Positions 51,951 through 63,900 of a DNA stretch of 64,000 nucleotides are shown here, piece after piece; the stretch's first letter is position 1; each line of letters starts with the position of its first letter. A program made the translations under genes and the position numbers. The stretch is from an uncultured Planctomycetaceae bacterium (GTDB lineage: Bacteria; Planctomycetota; Planctomycetia; Planctomycetales; Planctomycetaceae). The notes under the pieces are model-generated. The model did no database searches and was not told the origin of the DNA. It worked only from the letters and a program-made list of their open reading frames with translations. Location of the stretch: NCBI GenBank assembly GCA_963976765.1, contig CAXBME010000003.1:372001-436000 (forward strand), given 5' to 3'.

Positions 51951-54425
51951 TCAGCGTTTCCTCATCAGATTGGACATCGCCACTGTGCGCACAATGTCTT
52001 TGACCCGGTATTCGTTCTTCTTTGCTGCGTCGACAATCGCCTGGACCTCGTCACGATCATCGATCGTCAGCACGCGACGGAGCGCGTAGGTGCAGAGGTG
52101 TTCGATGAACGCTCGCGCGACTTTGTCGCGATCCTCAAGCAGGAGCCGTTTGAATTGAACGGAATCGGTGAATGGACGGCCGTCGGGCATGATGCCGGAA
52201 GCGTCAACCAGTGGATCTTCACCGACGCCTGTTTCTACCCGCTCACGGGTTCGCCACTGGCCGATGGCGTCGTACTGGTCAAACGCCAGCCCTAATGGAT
52301 CAATTGTGCGATGACAGGCAGCGCAACTTGCGTTACTGGCGTGTGCTTCAATTCTCTGACGAATCGTGATCTTCGTTCCCGTTGGTGGAATGGGCTCGAT
52401 CGGTTCCACATTGGCCGGTGGTGGTGGCGGTGTCCTGTTGAAGATCGCTTCGCTGAGCCAGACACCGCGATGCACCGGGCGGTGGCGTGTTCCATCTGAC
52501 GTCAACCCGAGCACGGCCCCCATCGTCAGTAGCCCGCCGCGATGATCTTCAGGCCGCAGCGCGACGCGGTGGAAGTCGCCCGTTTTCGGCTCCGGCAATC
52601 CGTAGAAATCACAGAGCCGGGCGTTGGCCATGGTCCAGTCGGAATCGAGGAAGCCCTCGATGGGCAGATCCTTCGCAAGCATCTCGCGGAAGTACTCAAC
52701 CGGCTCAGCCCGCATACTCGCCTCCAGCCAGTCGTCGTAGCCGGGGTAAAGTTTTTTGTCCGGCGGGAACATGCCCACGCGGTGCAGTTGCAGCCATTGC
52801 CGCGAGAAATCGTCGATGAAGCGGTTGATGCGGCTATCGGACAACATCCGATCGACTTCTTTCTTCAGGTCCTCACCCTTCAAAGCTCCACTTCTGGCCG
52901 CCGTGAAAAGCGCGTCGTCGGGCATCGAACTCCAGAGGAAATACGAGAGCCGCGAGGCGAGTTCCCAGTCGGTGAGCCGTTCGCGGGCTTCGGGTTCGCC
53001 CTCGACGAGGTAGATGAAGTTTCTGGACGTCAGCACGTTCTGTAACGCGATCCGATAAGCATCGGTGGCCTTCTCACCCGCCTCGAGTTCGGCGCGGTAA
53101 GTTTCCAGATAGTCCTCCAGCTCTTCCTTCTTCACAGGCCGCCGCCAGGCGCGTTCGGCAAAGCGGTGCAGGCGTTCGGCGACTACTTCGGACGTCGCAC
53201 CGTCAGGCGGCAACGCCGCATTTTGCCGAGCCTTTTCCGCTTCCGACACCAGCGGCCCTTCCCATTCGATCCAATCGAGAAGCACCGTCGAAAAGATGCC
53301 GTTCCCCTCGCCGTCGAACATCTGCGGAGCGTTGGGGTTTAAGAGCACGGTCTCGCTGCTGTGCGTAAAAATATACCCACTGCTGGCGATCGCATTGCGG
53401 AAGGCAGCTCCGCCCCGTCTGTCCACGCCGTCTGTGGCGACGACGCAAAAGTGCAGGTCGATCGGCATCTCCAGAAACACTTCGAACTCATACACCTGCG
53501 GACTGTCTTCGGGCGCCGTGATGTCGAATTCGATGAGGCCATCAACGGTTTCCTCACTGGTCTGCTTGCCGATGCTCAGGTGGGCCGGCTGGCCGCCGGG
53601 CGGACGAATCCCGCTGGCCTGAAGTCGAAGTTTGTAAAGTCCGCTGTGTTCCGGCCCCGACCTTCCAAACCAGTTCGGCTGAAGCGCCGACTGAACTCGC
53701 CCCGGAAAGTGGAGGTAACGCAGTGGCCGCTTAATGCCAAACCGGTTCAGTGCCTCCTGCTCGCTTTTCCCACCGCGGTAACGCAACTCGGCGGCTGTCT
53801 TTCGAACTTTGCGAGCCTCGCCGGACGTCACTGGGAAAGCACGATCGAGCACAATGTCGGCCGCTCGGTAGTAGCGGTCCACATGCGATGGCGAGAGCGA
53901 AAGCTGCGACCCGATCCGTTCATACCCGTGCCAGAGCGTGTCCTCATTCAGCTCCCCCGGTTTGGCCGGATCGTAGCGCACGCCAAGCAGGTCGTAGACC
54001 GTGTTCTGATATTCTTTCCGACTCAGGCGATAATGCGCCACCGCCGGCCGCGCCGACATCCGTGCTGCCCGTCCTTCTCGAATTCGCCCGTCGAGCTGAT
54101 CGACGACCGCTGCGATCTCGTCGATCGTCGGCTGAGGTTCATCTTCCGGCGGCATCTCGCCGGAATTGATCCGTTCCACGATCTCGGCCCAGAGATGCCC
54201 GTCGATTCCGGTTTTGAAATCGCGTGACAGCTGATCGATTCGCAGTTCACGCTCAACCTTCTCAGGTCCGTGACAACGCACGCAATGCTTCGTCAGAAAC
54301 GCCTCAAACGGTTCAACCGCTGAAACAGCGTCGACAGCAATGACGTTGATCAAACACCAGACAGCCACACCGGGCGCGATAATTCGTACGAGGTCAGTTC
54401 GTGTCATCAAAGGTTCGACTTTCAT
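51951..54425 (-). CDS. DUF1592/DUF1588/DUF1595/DUF1587/DUF1585 protein with heme-c motifs
   Basis: [76 protein letters not shown]. Confidence 0.94.
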   Translation of the reverse strand: MKVEPLMTRTDLVRIIAPGVAVWCLINVIAVDAVSAVEPFEAFLTKHCVRCHGPEKVERELRIDQLSRDFKTGIDGHLWAEIVERINSGEMPPEDEPQPTIDEIAAVVDQLDGRIREGRAARMSARPAVAHYRLSRKEYQNTVYDLLGVRYDPAKPGELNEDTLWHGYERIGSQLSLSPSHVDRYYRAADIVLDRAFPVTSGEARKVRKTAAELRYRGGKSEQEALNRFGIKRPLRYLHFPGRVQSALQPNWFGRSGPEHSGLYKLRLQASGIRPPGGQPAHLSIGKQTSEETVDGLIEFDITAPEDSPQVYEFEVFLEMPIDLHFCVVATDGVDRRGGAAFRNAIASSGYIFTHSSETVLLNPNAPQMFDGEGNGIFSTVLLDWIEWEGPLVSEAEKARQNAALPPDGATSEVVAERLHRFAERAWRRPVKKEELEDYLETYRAELEAGEKATDAYRIALQNVLTSRNFIYLVEGEPEARERLTDWELASRLSYFLWSSMPDDALFTAARSGALKGEDLKKEVDRMLSDSRINRFIDDFSRQWLQLHRVGMFPPDKKLYPGYDDWLEASMRAEPVEYFREMLAKDLPIEGFLDSDWTMANARLCDFYGLPEPKTGDFHRVALRPEDHRGGLLTMGAVLGLTSDGTRHRPVHRGVWLSEAIFNRTPPPPPANVEPIEPIPPTGTKITIRQRIEAHASNASCAACHRTIDPLGLAFDQYDAIGQWRTRERVETGVGEDPLVDASGIMPDGRPFTDSVQFKRLLLEDRDKVARAFIEHLCTYALRRVLTIDDRDEVQAIVDAAKKNEYRVKDIVRTVAMSNLMRKR

Positions 54426-54429
54426 GGTC

Positions 54430-55518
54430 TCAATCTAAGGCATTGACATTTTCATACACAGCGAAGGCAGTGTCCCAGCTCACATCTTCTTTTGGAGCGG
54501 TGAACACGGTGTCCCACTTCACTCCGTCTTCGCTCCGTTTGATGTCGTAGCGGCGGCGTTCGACGTTGATGATGGTTCCACTATTGCCTTCGACGAACCG
54601 GCCACCGGGAGTTCCTTTCGGGAGATCCTCCCAGGTAATGCCGTCTTTGCTTCTGCGGCCGTGACTGCCTTTCTGAGCGGTCAGCCAGAACTCACCGCGG
54701 ACGAAACTCAGACCTCGCCACGACTTGCCCCAGCCTTTGAGTCCAGTTTCGTGCAGCGTCCAGGTGACTCCACCATCGTCTGATCGAGCAACGTACGTCT
54801 TATAGCTGACCAGGAAGACTCCGTTACCGTACACGATGACTTCCTGGCCTGGACCGGCTTCTTCCGGAATTCGGCTGTGCTTCCAGGTCTGGCAGTTGTC
54901 GTCGCTGTAGAAAACGTGCTGGTTATCTCCGACGACGAGGAAGCGTCCGCCTTTGTAATCGCCAAAGCCGCTGATCATGTGATGCGTCTTACCACCGTCG
55001 AGCAGTGACTTCACACTGTGAGCATTCCATCCGGAGAACGCTTCGCTCGAACTGGTCATGCCTCGCCACTGATCGGCACTTGTCAGCAGGATGCCGTTGC
55101 CTCCGGCTGCTCCCCAGACACTGCCGAGATTCGACGGCTCCTTATTCAAGTGCGTCCAGTGCTCGCCGTCGTCCGAGCCAATGTAAACGCCGGGTGTCCC
55201 CCAGCCAGAGAAAACTCCAATTACTCCTTTCGTCGCAGCCATGCCATAGACCGCGAACGTCCCGTGCCAGCCGCCGTCTTCGAGCGACTCCGTGCCGAGA
55301 AACGTCTGCTTCCACGTCCGGCCATCATCGCGGGAGACCAGAATCCGCATCCCCTGTTTGGAACACACCGCAAATACCGGCTCTTCGCTGCGGGGAGTAA
55401 GCGGCGTTCCATACGGGATGTCCGCACGGATCGGAGCGTGCTTCTTCTGCGCGTGAGTCGCCGTGGCGCTGGCCAGAATTAAGAAGGCCAACAGGCCGCG
55501 TTGCAGAAGATTCGTCAT
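54430..55518 (-). CDS. Exported BNR/Asp-box repeat beta-propeller protein
   Basis: Signal peptide from ATG 55518; repeats [45 protein letters not shown]. Confidence 0.85.
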   Translation of the reverse strand: MTNLLQRGLLAFLILASATATHAQKKHAPIRADIPYGTPLTPRSEEPVFAVCSKQGMRILVSRDDGRTWKQTFLGTESLEDGGWHGTFAVYGMAATKGVIGVFSGWGTPGVYIGSDDGEHWTHLNKEPSNLGSVWGAAGGNGILLTSADQWRGMTSSSEAFSGWNAHSVKSLLDGGKTHHMISGFGDYKGGRFLVVGDNQHVFYSDDNCQTWKHSRIPEEAGPGQEVIVYGNGVFLVSYKTYVARSDDGGVTWTLHETGLKGWGKSWRGLSFVRGEFWLTAQKGSHGRRSKDGITWEDLPKGTPGGRFVEGNSGTIINVERRRYDIKRSEDGVKWDTVFTAPKEDVSWDTAFAVYENVNALD

Positions 55519-56122
55519 CGATCGTTCTCTTTCAGACAGGATGGTTTCCAGGCTCCACCATTGTCTGGTGTACTGCAGCTGTTCGACCAGCGTGACGCCG
55601 TCGCCGAGTCGCGTTCGCAGGGAGTTTCGGAACTTTTGAGCCCTTGAGGGTAACTTCATCGTCGGAACTACCATAGTGATGCAGTGACTGCACGTCGAAA
55701 TATTGACGACTCGCCGCTTGAGCAGGCAATCCAACGCACACCTGAATACGAAACTGTCACCTTCGAAATCGCGGCATGCCAATTCGAGACGCTGTTGCGA
55801 ACGTGGCTCGCGGGCATGTTCCACAGGGAATCGACGTTGACGAAGCAGCTTTGGAAGATCCGGCAGAAAAATCATCAATGCGTGAGAATGTCCGGGACAG
55901 TGGCACGACCGCTGCAGACGCTGCGGTTCCGTACGATGACCGTCGCGATTAACCTGTCTGACCTGGGCGATGACGACGGTGTGACCGCCGATGATTTTTT
56001 CCATGATGTCCTCGACGAAAGCGATGTCGTTGATCCTGTTTTCGTTGCTGGATTGCCGGCAACCCCGTAACAGACTCCTCAAGAGTTTCGCTACGGTCGC
56101 TGAATCCAAGTGAGTTGCTTCA

Positions 56123-59100
56123 ATGCTGCGCCGCACCTTTCTCATGACGCTTCTGCTGACCAGCTCGTCCGTGGTCGCCGCGAATGACTCGCCGGACACC
56201 GAGCACGTCAAATTTTTCGAGATGCATGTGCGGCCGCTGTTGGCTCGACATTGTCTTGAGTGCCACAGTGCCGGGAAGCAGAAGGGCATGCTGCGGCTCG
56301 ACTCGCGGGCGGCCATGATCACGGGCGGCGAATCGGAAGAATCCGCAATTGTCCCTGGCAAACCCGATGAAAGTCTCCTGATCTCTGCCGTGAGGTATGA
56401 GTCCTATGAAATGCCGCCGAAAGGAAAGCTGCCTGCGAAAGATATTGCCGTTCTGGTCAAGTGGATTGAACTCGGCGCTCCCTGGCCCGGAGGTGACAAC
56501 TCGCTGATTGTTCGACAGGACGGCGACCTCATCACCGATGAAGATCGCGCGTGGTGGGCCGTTCAACCGGTCACCGAGCCTGAAGTACCGCAGGTCGGCG
56601 ACGGCTGGGCGCGAAACGAAGTCGATCGCTTCGTCGCAGGAAAGCTGGTCGAAGCGGGACTCGAACCGGCGCGTGAAGCCGATCGATACGAACTCGTAAG
56701 ACGAGCTTATTTCGATCTGCACGGTCTACCGCCGACTCTGGAGCAAATCGACGCTTTTGTAAAAGACGATCGTCCAGATGCGTGGCAGCGATTGATAAAA
56801 CAACTGCTGGCGAGTCCGCGATATGGCGAACGCTGGGCTCAGCACTGGCTCGACGTCGTCCGGTATGCCGAGAGCGATGGCTATCGCGAAGACAGATTCC
56901 GTCCGGATGCCAGAGCATTCCGCGATTATGTCATCCGGTCATTGAACAATGACAAGCCCTACGACCAGTTCGTCCGCGAACATCTGGCAGGCGACGAGAT
57001 CGATCCGGATGACCCGGATGTCTTCATCGGCACAGCTTATCTGCGTCACGGGATCTACGAATGGAATCAGCGAGACACGCGGATGCACTGGGATCTGATC
57101 ACTCATGAAATGACACGTGTGACCGGCGAAGTGTTTCTGGGCATCGGTATCGGGTGTGCTCAGTGCCACGACCACAAGTTTGATCCGATTCTACAAAAGG
57201 ATTACTTCGCTCTGCAGGCGTTTCTGTCCTCGGTGGCCTGGCCGATCGATCGACCGCTGGCGACTGCCGAGCAGATCGCGGCGTATCAAAAGAAACAACA
57301 GAAATGGGAAGAAGCAACTCAGGCGATTCGGAATGAAATCGACAGCCTGGTCGAAAAGGCAATCGAGACCAGAGAGCGAAACCTCGTCAAACAGTTCCCG
57401 GAAGACATTCAGAAGATCTATGACAAACCCGATTCGGAAAAGTCGACCCTGGAAAAGCAGTTGTCCTATCTGGTGTGGCGTCAGGCTCTTCGTGAGAAGG
57501 AGAGTTTGAATCGAGCCAAATCGCTTGAGAATTCGCCCGAGAAACTGAAGCGATACGAAGAGCTTCAGGCCGCTCTGAAGAAGTTCGATTCGATCAAACC
57601 GGTTCCGCTTCCGACGGCGTTTATTGCAACCGACACAGGCACTGAACCTGCGGAAACATTTCTGCGAACGCGCACAACAACGGAACGGGTCGAGCCCGCG
57701 TTTCTGACGCTGCTCAACAATGGTCCTCCAGAGATCACTCCGACCGCTTCAACCACCGGTCGCCGAACGGCGCTGGCAAACTGGATCGTCCGGGATGACA
57801 ACCCGCTTTCGACACGAGTGATCGTCAACCGGATCTGGCAAAGGCACTTCGGTCGCGGCATCGTCGCGACTCCGAACGACTTCGGAAGACTGGGAGAACC
57901 GCCGAGCCACCCCGAGTTGCTGGACTGGTTGACGCGACGGTTTCTCGAGTCGGGGTGGAAGCTGAAACCGCTGCACGAGCTGATCATGAACAGCGCCACG
58001 TATCAACAAACGGCGTGGCGTGAACCGGGCAACAACATCGACCCCACCAACCGCCTGCTGTGGCGATTCCCCCCACAGCGGCTGGATGCCGAGCAGTTGC
58101 GCGATGCGATGCTCGCTGTGTCAGGCGAGCTGAAACATCGCAGCGGCGGCCCGTCAGTCAGTGGCTCAGCTCCGTATCGAAGTGTTTACGTCATCCGGAA
58201 GCGAAACGATCCGGACGAGATGCTGTGCGGGTTTGATGCCCCGCTGCGTTTTGACTCCGCCCCCGATCGAATTGCGACGACGACTCCCGTTCAGTCGCTG
58301 TTGCTGGTCAATGGTGACTGGACACTGGACCGCGCTCGAACATTCGCACGACGCCTGCTGGGGGAGAAAGAGGAACTGACCGCAGACGAGATCCGCACAG
58401 CGTGGCAACTGGTCTTCGGTCGCGAAGCTACTGACGACGAAGTCGCTGATGCACTGGCGTTTCTCCGTCTGCAATCAGAGGCCATTGAAGTGTCGACTGA
58501 CGATACAGGACTCCGACCGGTGATCGAGCATTTTGCAGCGGTCAAAGACTTCGGACTTGGCACGAAGGCGTTGAGGATTCAACCGGGCAGTCGCTTCGAA
58601 CGATTGCATGTGAAAAACGCAGATGGTTTCGACGACCAGTTCACCTTTGAAGCGGTCACGGTTCTCGATCGCGTTTATCCCGATGCCACTGCCAACACGC
58701 TGATCTCACGCTGGAACGGCAACCTCACAACCAGCGGCTGGAAGATCTGCGTGACCAGCGAGAAATCGGCCTACCAGCCACGCAACTTCGTCGTGGCTCT
58801 GGTGGGACGCACAAGTCAGGGAGACTCGAAATACGAAGTCGTCGCATCTGGTCTGCGATATCCGCTGCACAAACCCGTTTATCTTGCAGCCGTGATTTCT
58901 GCAGCTCCAACAAATGACAATCCCGCTGCAGGATCGGTGACGTTCTATATGAAGGATTTATCCGATCCGAATTCCGAGCTGCAGATTTCGCAGGTCGCGA
59001 CGTCCATCATTGGGCACATTCAGAACCCGGCAATGAAGATCATCGCTGGCGGTCGAGATTCAAGCTCGCATCTCTGGGATGGCCAGTTCGCCCGTGTGAC

Positions 59101-59341
59101 CATCAGCCGTGGCGCCCTGCCGCTCGAACAGCTTCTTATCGGTAGCGAATCAGATAAAGCCGTCCGAATAATCGACTGGAATTTCAATGGCGACGACGGC
59201 GAACACCCTGCTCCGGAAACCGCGTGGCTACGTCAGAGTTCGAGTACCGGCGGTTCTGCAGCATCCGCGAACACACTCTCCGCTGTTACCGATTTCTGTC
59301 ACGCCCTCTTTAATTCCAACGAGTTCCTATACCTGCATTGA
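56123..59341 (+). CDS. Planctomycete cytochrome c (PSCyt1) + DUF1549 + DUF1553 protein with C-terminal LamG-like insertion
   Basis: FFE..VRPLL..HCLECH, RRAYFDLHGLPPT, YGERWAQHWLDVVRYAES, CAQCHDHKFDPI, NRIWQRHFGRGIV.TPNDFG, PSHPELLDWL, NSNEFLYL. Confidence 0.95.
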   Translation: MLRRTFLMTLLLTSSSVVAANDSPDTEHVKFFEMHVRPLLARHCLECHSAGKQKGMLRLDSRAAMITGGESEESAIVPGKPDESLLISAVRYESYEMPPKGKLPAKDIAVLVKWIELGAPWPGGDNSLIVRQDGDLITDEDRAWWAVQPVTEPEVPQVGDGWARNEVDRFVAGKLVEAGLEPAREADRYELVRRAYFDLHGLPPTLEQIDAFVKDDRPDAWQRLIKQLLASPRYGERWAQHWLDVVRYAESDGYREDRFRPDARAFRDYVIRSLNNDKPYDQFVREHLAGDEIDPDDPDVFIGTAYLRHGIYEWNQRDTRMHWDLITHEMTRVTGEVFLGIGIGCAQCHDHKFDPILQKDYFALQAFLSSVAWPIDRPLATAEQIAAYQKKQQKWEEATQAIRNEIDSLVEKAIETRERNLVKQFPEDIQKIYDKPDSEKSTLEKQLSYLVWRQALREKESLNRAKSLENSPEKLKRYEELQAALKKFDSIKPVPLPTAFIATDTGTEPAETFLRTRTTTERVEPAFLTLLNNGPPEITPTASTTGRRTALANWIVRDDNPLSTRVIVNRIWQRHFGRGIVATPNDFGRLGEPPSHPELLDWLTRRFLESGWKLKPLHELIMNSATYQQTAWREPGNNIDPTNRLLWRFPPQRLDAEQLRDAMLAVSGELKHRSGGPSVSGSAPYRSVYVIRKRNDPDEMLCGFDAPLRFDSAPDRIATTTPVQSLLLVNGDWTLDRARTFARRLLGEKEELTADEIRTAWQLVFGREATDDEVADALAFLRLQSEAIEVSTDDTGLRPVIEHFAAVKDFGLGTKALRIQPGSRFERLHVKNADGFDDQFTFEAVTVLDRVYPDATANTLISRWNGNLTTSGWKICVTSEKSAYQPRNFVVALVGRTSQGDSKYEVVASGLRYPLHKPVYLAAVISAAPTNDNPAAGSVTFYMKDLSDPNSELQISQVATSIIGHIQNPAMKIIAGGRDSSSHLWDGQFARVTISRGALPLEQLLIGSESDKAVRIIDWNFNGDDGEHPAPETAWLRQSSSTGGSAASANTLSAVTDFCHALFNSNEFLYLH

Positions 59342-59491
59342 ATCGCCGCACATCGACAGTCATGCCCATTTCTGACGAATCAGCATGTTCTGGCCAGCTC
59401 CCCTCAATCATGAATGTCGGCCGGTCAACGATCCAGTTCATTGCAATCCACTCCGCACAAAGAACGCGACTTTCGCTGTCTGAGAATACAC

Positions 59492-60922
59492 ATGGCTCAC
59501 TGTGACAACATCGAACATCCCGCCTCCCGTCGCGACTTTCTCTGTCGGGCCGGTGGTGGCTTCGGGGCACTGGCCTTTGCGGCGATGACCGGGCATTCGC
59601 TGTTTGCTGCGGCTCCGAAGAATCCGTCAGCTGCAAAGATTCCGCACCGGCTTGGCCGGGCCAAACATATTATCTGGCTCTTTATGGAAGGTGGTCCAAG
59701 CCATCTCGACCTGTTCGATTACAAGCCGGACGTAAACCGTCTGGCCGGACAGAAGCTGCCTGAAAGCTTTCCTCGACCGGTCACGGCGATGGGTGAAGCG
59801 AATTCGCCGATTCTCGAATGCAAACGCAAGTGGTCACAGTGTGGAGACAGCGGTCTGTGGATTTCCGACTGGCTGCCGCAGCACCACGCGATTGCCGACG
59901 ACCTGTGTGTGATTCGTTCGTGCGTTACAGACGGAATCTCGCATGCGAACGGTGTCTGTCAGATGAATACCGGAGCGGTGTTTGGCGGTCGGCCATCACT
60001 GGGAGCATGGGTGTCGTACGGACTTGGTTCGAGCAGTGAGAACCTGCCGGATTTTGTTGTCATGAAGGACAGCGACTCAATGGTTGTCAACGGAGCCCGC
60101 ACCTGGGGTTCCGGCTTCATTCCGTCGACTCATCAGGGCGTGCTCTTCGAAGGCGTCGATGAACCGTTGCCAAACCTGAACAATCCGAAAGGCATCTCTG
60201 ATTCGCAGCAACAGCGGAAGCTTGCGTTTATCAATCGGTTGAACCGGCAGCATTTCGTCGGACGGGAATCGAACACGGAACTCGAAGCACGCATTCGCAG
60301 CTACGAACTCGCGGCGCGGATGCAGGCGGTTGCTCCGGAAGCGGTCGATCTGGAGAACGAGCCGGAGCACATTCAGAAACTGTACGGTCTCGATCAGAAA
60401 GAGACGGAAGTCTACGGCCGCCAGTGCCTGTTGGCCCGGAGGCTTGTCGAGCGAGGCGTACGGTTTATTCAGCTCTACTCGGGAGCCGGCAGCAAGTGGG
60501 ACAGTCACTCAAATATCGAAGGCAATCATTCACGGCTGTGCCGAAGCGTTGATCAACCGATTGCCGGCCTGATCGTGGACCTTAAACAACGAGGACTGCT
60601 GGACGACACACTGGTCATGTGGGGCGGCGAATTCGGACGCACTCCGATGAGCGAAAAAGGAAATGGCCGCGACCACAACCCGACCGGTTTTACGATGTGG
60701 ATGGCTGGCGGTGGAGCCAGAGGTGGCCACACCATCGGGGCAACAGACGACCTTGGCCTTTACGCGGTCGAAGACAAGCTGCATGTGCATGATATCCACG
60801 CAACGGTCATGGGCATGCTCGGGCTTGATCACACGAAAGTTGTCTACATGCACAAGGGCCGTCCGGAACGGGTGGATCTCAATGAGGGACATGTGCATCC
60901 AGAACTGGTCACCGAGGCGTAG
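59492..60922 (+). CDS. DUF1501 domain protein (Tat-exported)
   Basis: SRRDFL, AKHIIWLFMEGGPSHLDLFD.KP, SYELAARMQ, CLLARRLVERGVRF, WGGEFGRTP, GRDH. Confidence 0.95.
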   Translation: MAHCDNIEHPASRRDFLCRAGGGFGALAFAAMTGHSLFAAAPKNPSAAKIPHRLGRAKHIIWLFMEGGPSHLDLFDYKPDVNRLAGQKLPESFPRPVTAMGEANSPILECKRKWSQCGDSGLWISDWLPQHHAIADDLCVIRSCVTDGISHANGVCQMNTGAVFGGRPSLGAWVSYGLGSSSENLPDFVVMKDSDSMVVNGARTWGSGFIPSTHQGVLFEGVDEPLPNLNNPKGISDSQQQRKLAFINRLNRQHFVGRESNTELEARIRSYELAARMQAVAPEAVDLENEPEHIQKLYGLDQKETEVYGRQCLLARRLVERGVRFIQLYSGAGSKWDSHSNIEGNHSRLCRSVDQPIAGLIVDLKQRGLLDDTLVMWGGEFGRTPMSEKGNGRDHNPTGFTMWMAGGGARGGHTIGATDDLGLYAVEDKLHVHDIHATVMGMLGLDHTKVVYMHKGRPERVDLNEGHVHPELVTEA

Positions 60923-60991
60923 GCTGTGTCAGCTAATTTCGTACGACGGCCTTCCAGCCAATCCGAATCACTTAATTCGAACGAGTGAGCC

Positions 60992-63900
60992 ATGAAGACG
61001 ACAACATTTATCGCAACCGTTGTTCTTGCGATCTCCAGCCTCGCCGTCGCCGCCGAACCGATCCTCGAATGGCGATTCGATGGCAAGGCACAACCCGGAG
61101 CCTGGCTGGGCACATTCGGAACTCTCGACGACGGTCCTCGTCCGCCACGTTATCCCGGCTTTGGCACGGATAATCGGGCCATGTCTGTAACGGGACATGA
61201 AGCAGCCCTTGTCGTCAAAGATCACGAACGGGGCGGATTCACGAATGTGCGATTCGGAAAGGGCGACACATTCGGTTTCGAAACCTGGGTCAGGTTCCGA
61301 ACGATCGGCAAAGGCCAGGTCGCTTATCTCGTCGGCAAAGGACGACACGTCAAACACGGCGAGGACTTTCCGGAGAACAACCAGAATTATTCCGTGCGAT
61401 TTCTCGGGAGTGACAGTGGAGCTCAGTTCGGCATCCTGTTTACCAGTGAGCATCCTGAAACGAAGGAGCGTGCGTGGCACCGCTGGTGGAGCGACAGCTC
61501 TGTGCCGACCACGGGCTGGCATCACGTGGCGCTGCAGTTCACGTTCGGAAAAGCCAACAGCCTGCAAGCCTGGATCGACGGCAGGCCGACCGAAGGGCGA
61601 TGGGACGAGAGCGGTGCGACCGATCTGCCTCCCGTTCAGGATGCCGACGACCTTGTTATCGGAACCGGCTACGCCCGCACCGAAGGCTCCTCGTTCAATG
61701 GATGGCTCGACAATCTCGCGATCTACCGTTCCGGCTTTGACGCGAACGAGATCGCGAAACGATACCAGTACGTTCCGCCGCCGCCTGCCGTCACGCGCGA
61801 GATGATTCCCCCCGGAAGAGTCCTTGTGCAGATCAGTGAGAAGGGCGTGCCGGAGTCCAATGGCTGGCCTGCAGAGCCGCAGGTCACCGAAGCCTGGGTG
61901 GAAGACGTGTTCGGCTTCTTTGAGGTTCCGCACAAGTACATTTCCACGGGCGTCCGCGCGGATCGCGCGAACCCGTCGCACTTTCGAGCTTCGGCGATTG
62001 TCAAACTGCCGAAAGGAAAACACCGGCTGCTGCTGCGAGGCCGGGGATTGTCGCGACTGTTCATCGACGGAAAGGAACTGCTGGAGAACGGACCGCGAAC
62101 GCTCGATTCCGGTGGCCATACGCCGCTGGCCGTCCAGGACGATTACCTCGACCTGGGTCCCGACTTTCGTTTCGCACCACCCGGAAATCGTGATGCCTGG
62201 TGCGAGTTTGAATCGACTGGCGGCGAGCACTTCGTGATTCTCGAAACCATGCTCGGGAACATCAAAGGCCGGCTGAAACAACGACCGGAACTCGGAGAAA
62301 CTGTTGTCGCGATTTCGTTGGAAGGCAGCGAGAACTGGTCGCTGCTTTCGCCTGGAAAACGCCACGTCGCCTATAACGACAATGGCTGGGCGGTCTTTGC
62401 CGCCGAACGCCGCGAGTGGCTCGGTCACGTCAATGCCGCTGCCAGAGCGAAATGCCGCGAAGCCAACAGCGAGTACTGGCACAGGCGCCGCACGGTCGCC
62501 GCCGACTGGCTGACAGAAACAGAACCGGTCACGGTTCCCGAACTGTCGGATGGTTACTCTGCAAACAATGAAATCGACCGCTTTATCGCGGCGAGGATCG
62601 CCGCCGTTGCCCGCGATTCGAAACAGAGTCAGCAGTCCGAAGTCGACTACTTCAAGGACATTCGACCGTTGCTGGAGAGTCGCTGCTACGACTGCCACCA
62701 GGGCGGAAAAGCCGCTGGCGGACTGCGCATTGATGACCACGTATCTGTTCTTCACGGCGGTGAATCCGAAGGACCGGCCATCGTTCCCGGCAAGGCCGAC
62801 GAGAGTGCCTTGATCGCTCACGTGACGTCGAAAGACAAAGACATCCGGATGCCGCCCAAAGGAACTCCGCTTTCTGCCGAAGAAATCGCTTTGCTCAAGC
62901 ACTGGATCAACAGCGGAGCAGTTTGGCCTCAATTCGATGTGAAGGACTTCGAGCCGACTGAGCTCGCTGATGACCTTGCATTTCTGCGCCGGGTGACGCT
63001 CGACACGGTTGGAGTCACTCCGACAGAAGCCGAAGTCGACGCATTTCTGAAGGACAGTGCGAAGACTCGTCGGGCGGCAGTCATCGATCGGCTGCTGGAC
63101 GATGACCGATGGGCCGATCACTGGATGGGCTACTGGCTCGATGTCCTTGCCGAGAATCCGAATATTATCAATCCGACATTGAACAATACCGGTCCGTTCC
63201 GCTGGTGGCTGTACGAATCGCTGATTGATAATAAACCTGCCGACCTGTTTGTTACCGAGCTGATTCGGATGGAAGGCAGCGAACGATTCGGAGGGCCGGC
63301 CGGATTCGGTACGGCGTCACAGAACGATCTGCCGATGGCGGCCAAAGCGATTATCGTCAGCTCCGCGTTTCTGGGCGTGGAAATGAAGTGCGCCCGTTGC
63401 CACGACGCTCCGGCGCACGTCTCGCAGCAGGAAGAACTTCTTCAACTGGCGGCGCTGCTGAAACAGGGCACGATTCAACTCCCCGAATCAAGCAGTGTAC
63501 CTCCCGGGCGACTGCATCAGACCGGGCGTCAACCTTTGATTGAGGTGACTCTCAAACCCGGTGCCCAGGTCAAGCCAGCCTGGCCGTTCGAGCGTTACTG
63601 CGACGAGTCCGTTGCTGACGGTCTGGCCGAACATCCGGACAACTCGCGCGATCGACTCGCGGCACTCATCACGGCACCGCAGAACGAACGCTTTGCCCAG
63701 GTGATGGTCAACCGCATCTGGCAGCGTCTGATGGGGCGCGGCCTCGTGGTCAATGTCTCGGACTGGGAAAAGGGCGGAGCATCTCATCCAGACCTGCTGC
63801 GCTGGCTGGGTCATCAGTTCGTCGCCTCCGGCTACGACATCAAGGCAGTCAGCCAGCTCATTCTGAACTCGCATGCGTATCAGCGAGCCACCGATCCGAG

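Noticed and set aside
55519..56361. N-terminal extension of the BNR protein (643-aa ORF)
   Set aside because: It overlaps the DUF1553 gene on the other strand; a clean signal peptide begins at ATG 55518.
60968..63121. 717-aa minus-strand ORF
   Set aside because: Antisense shadow of the plus-strand DUF1553 gene starting at 60992, which carries clear family motifs.
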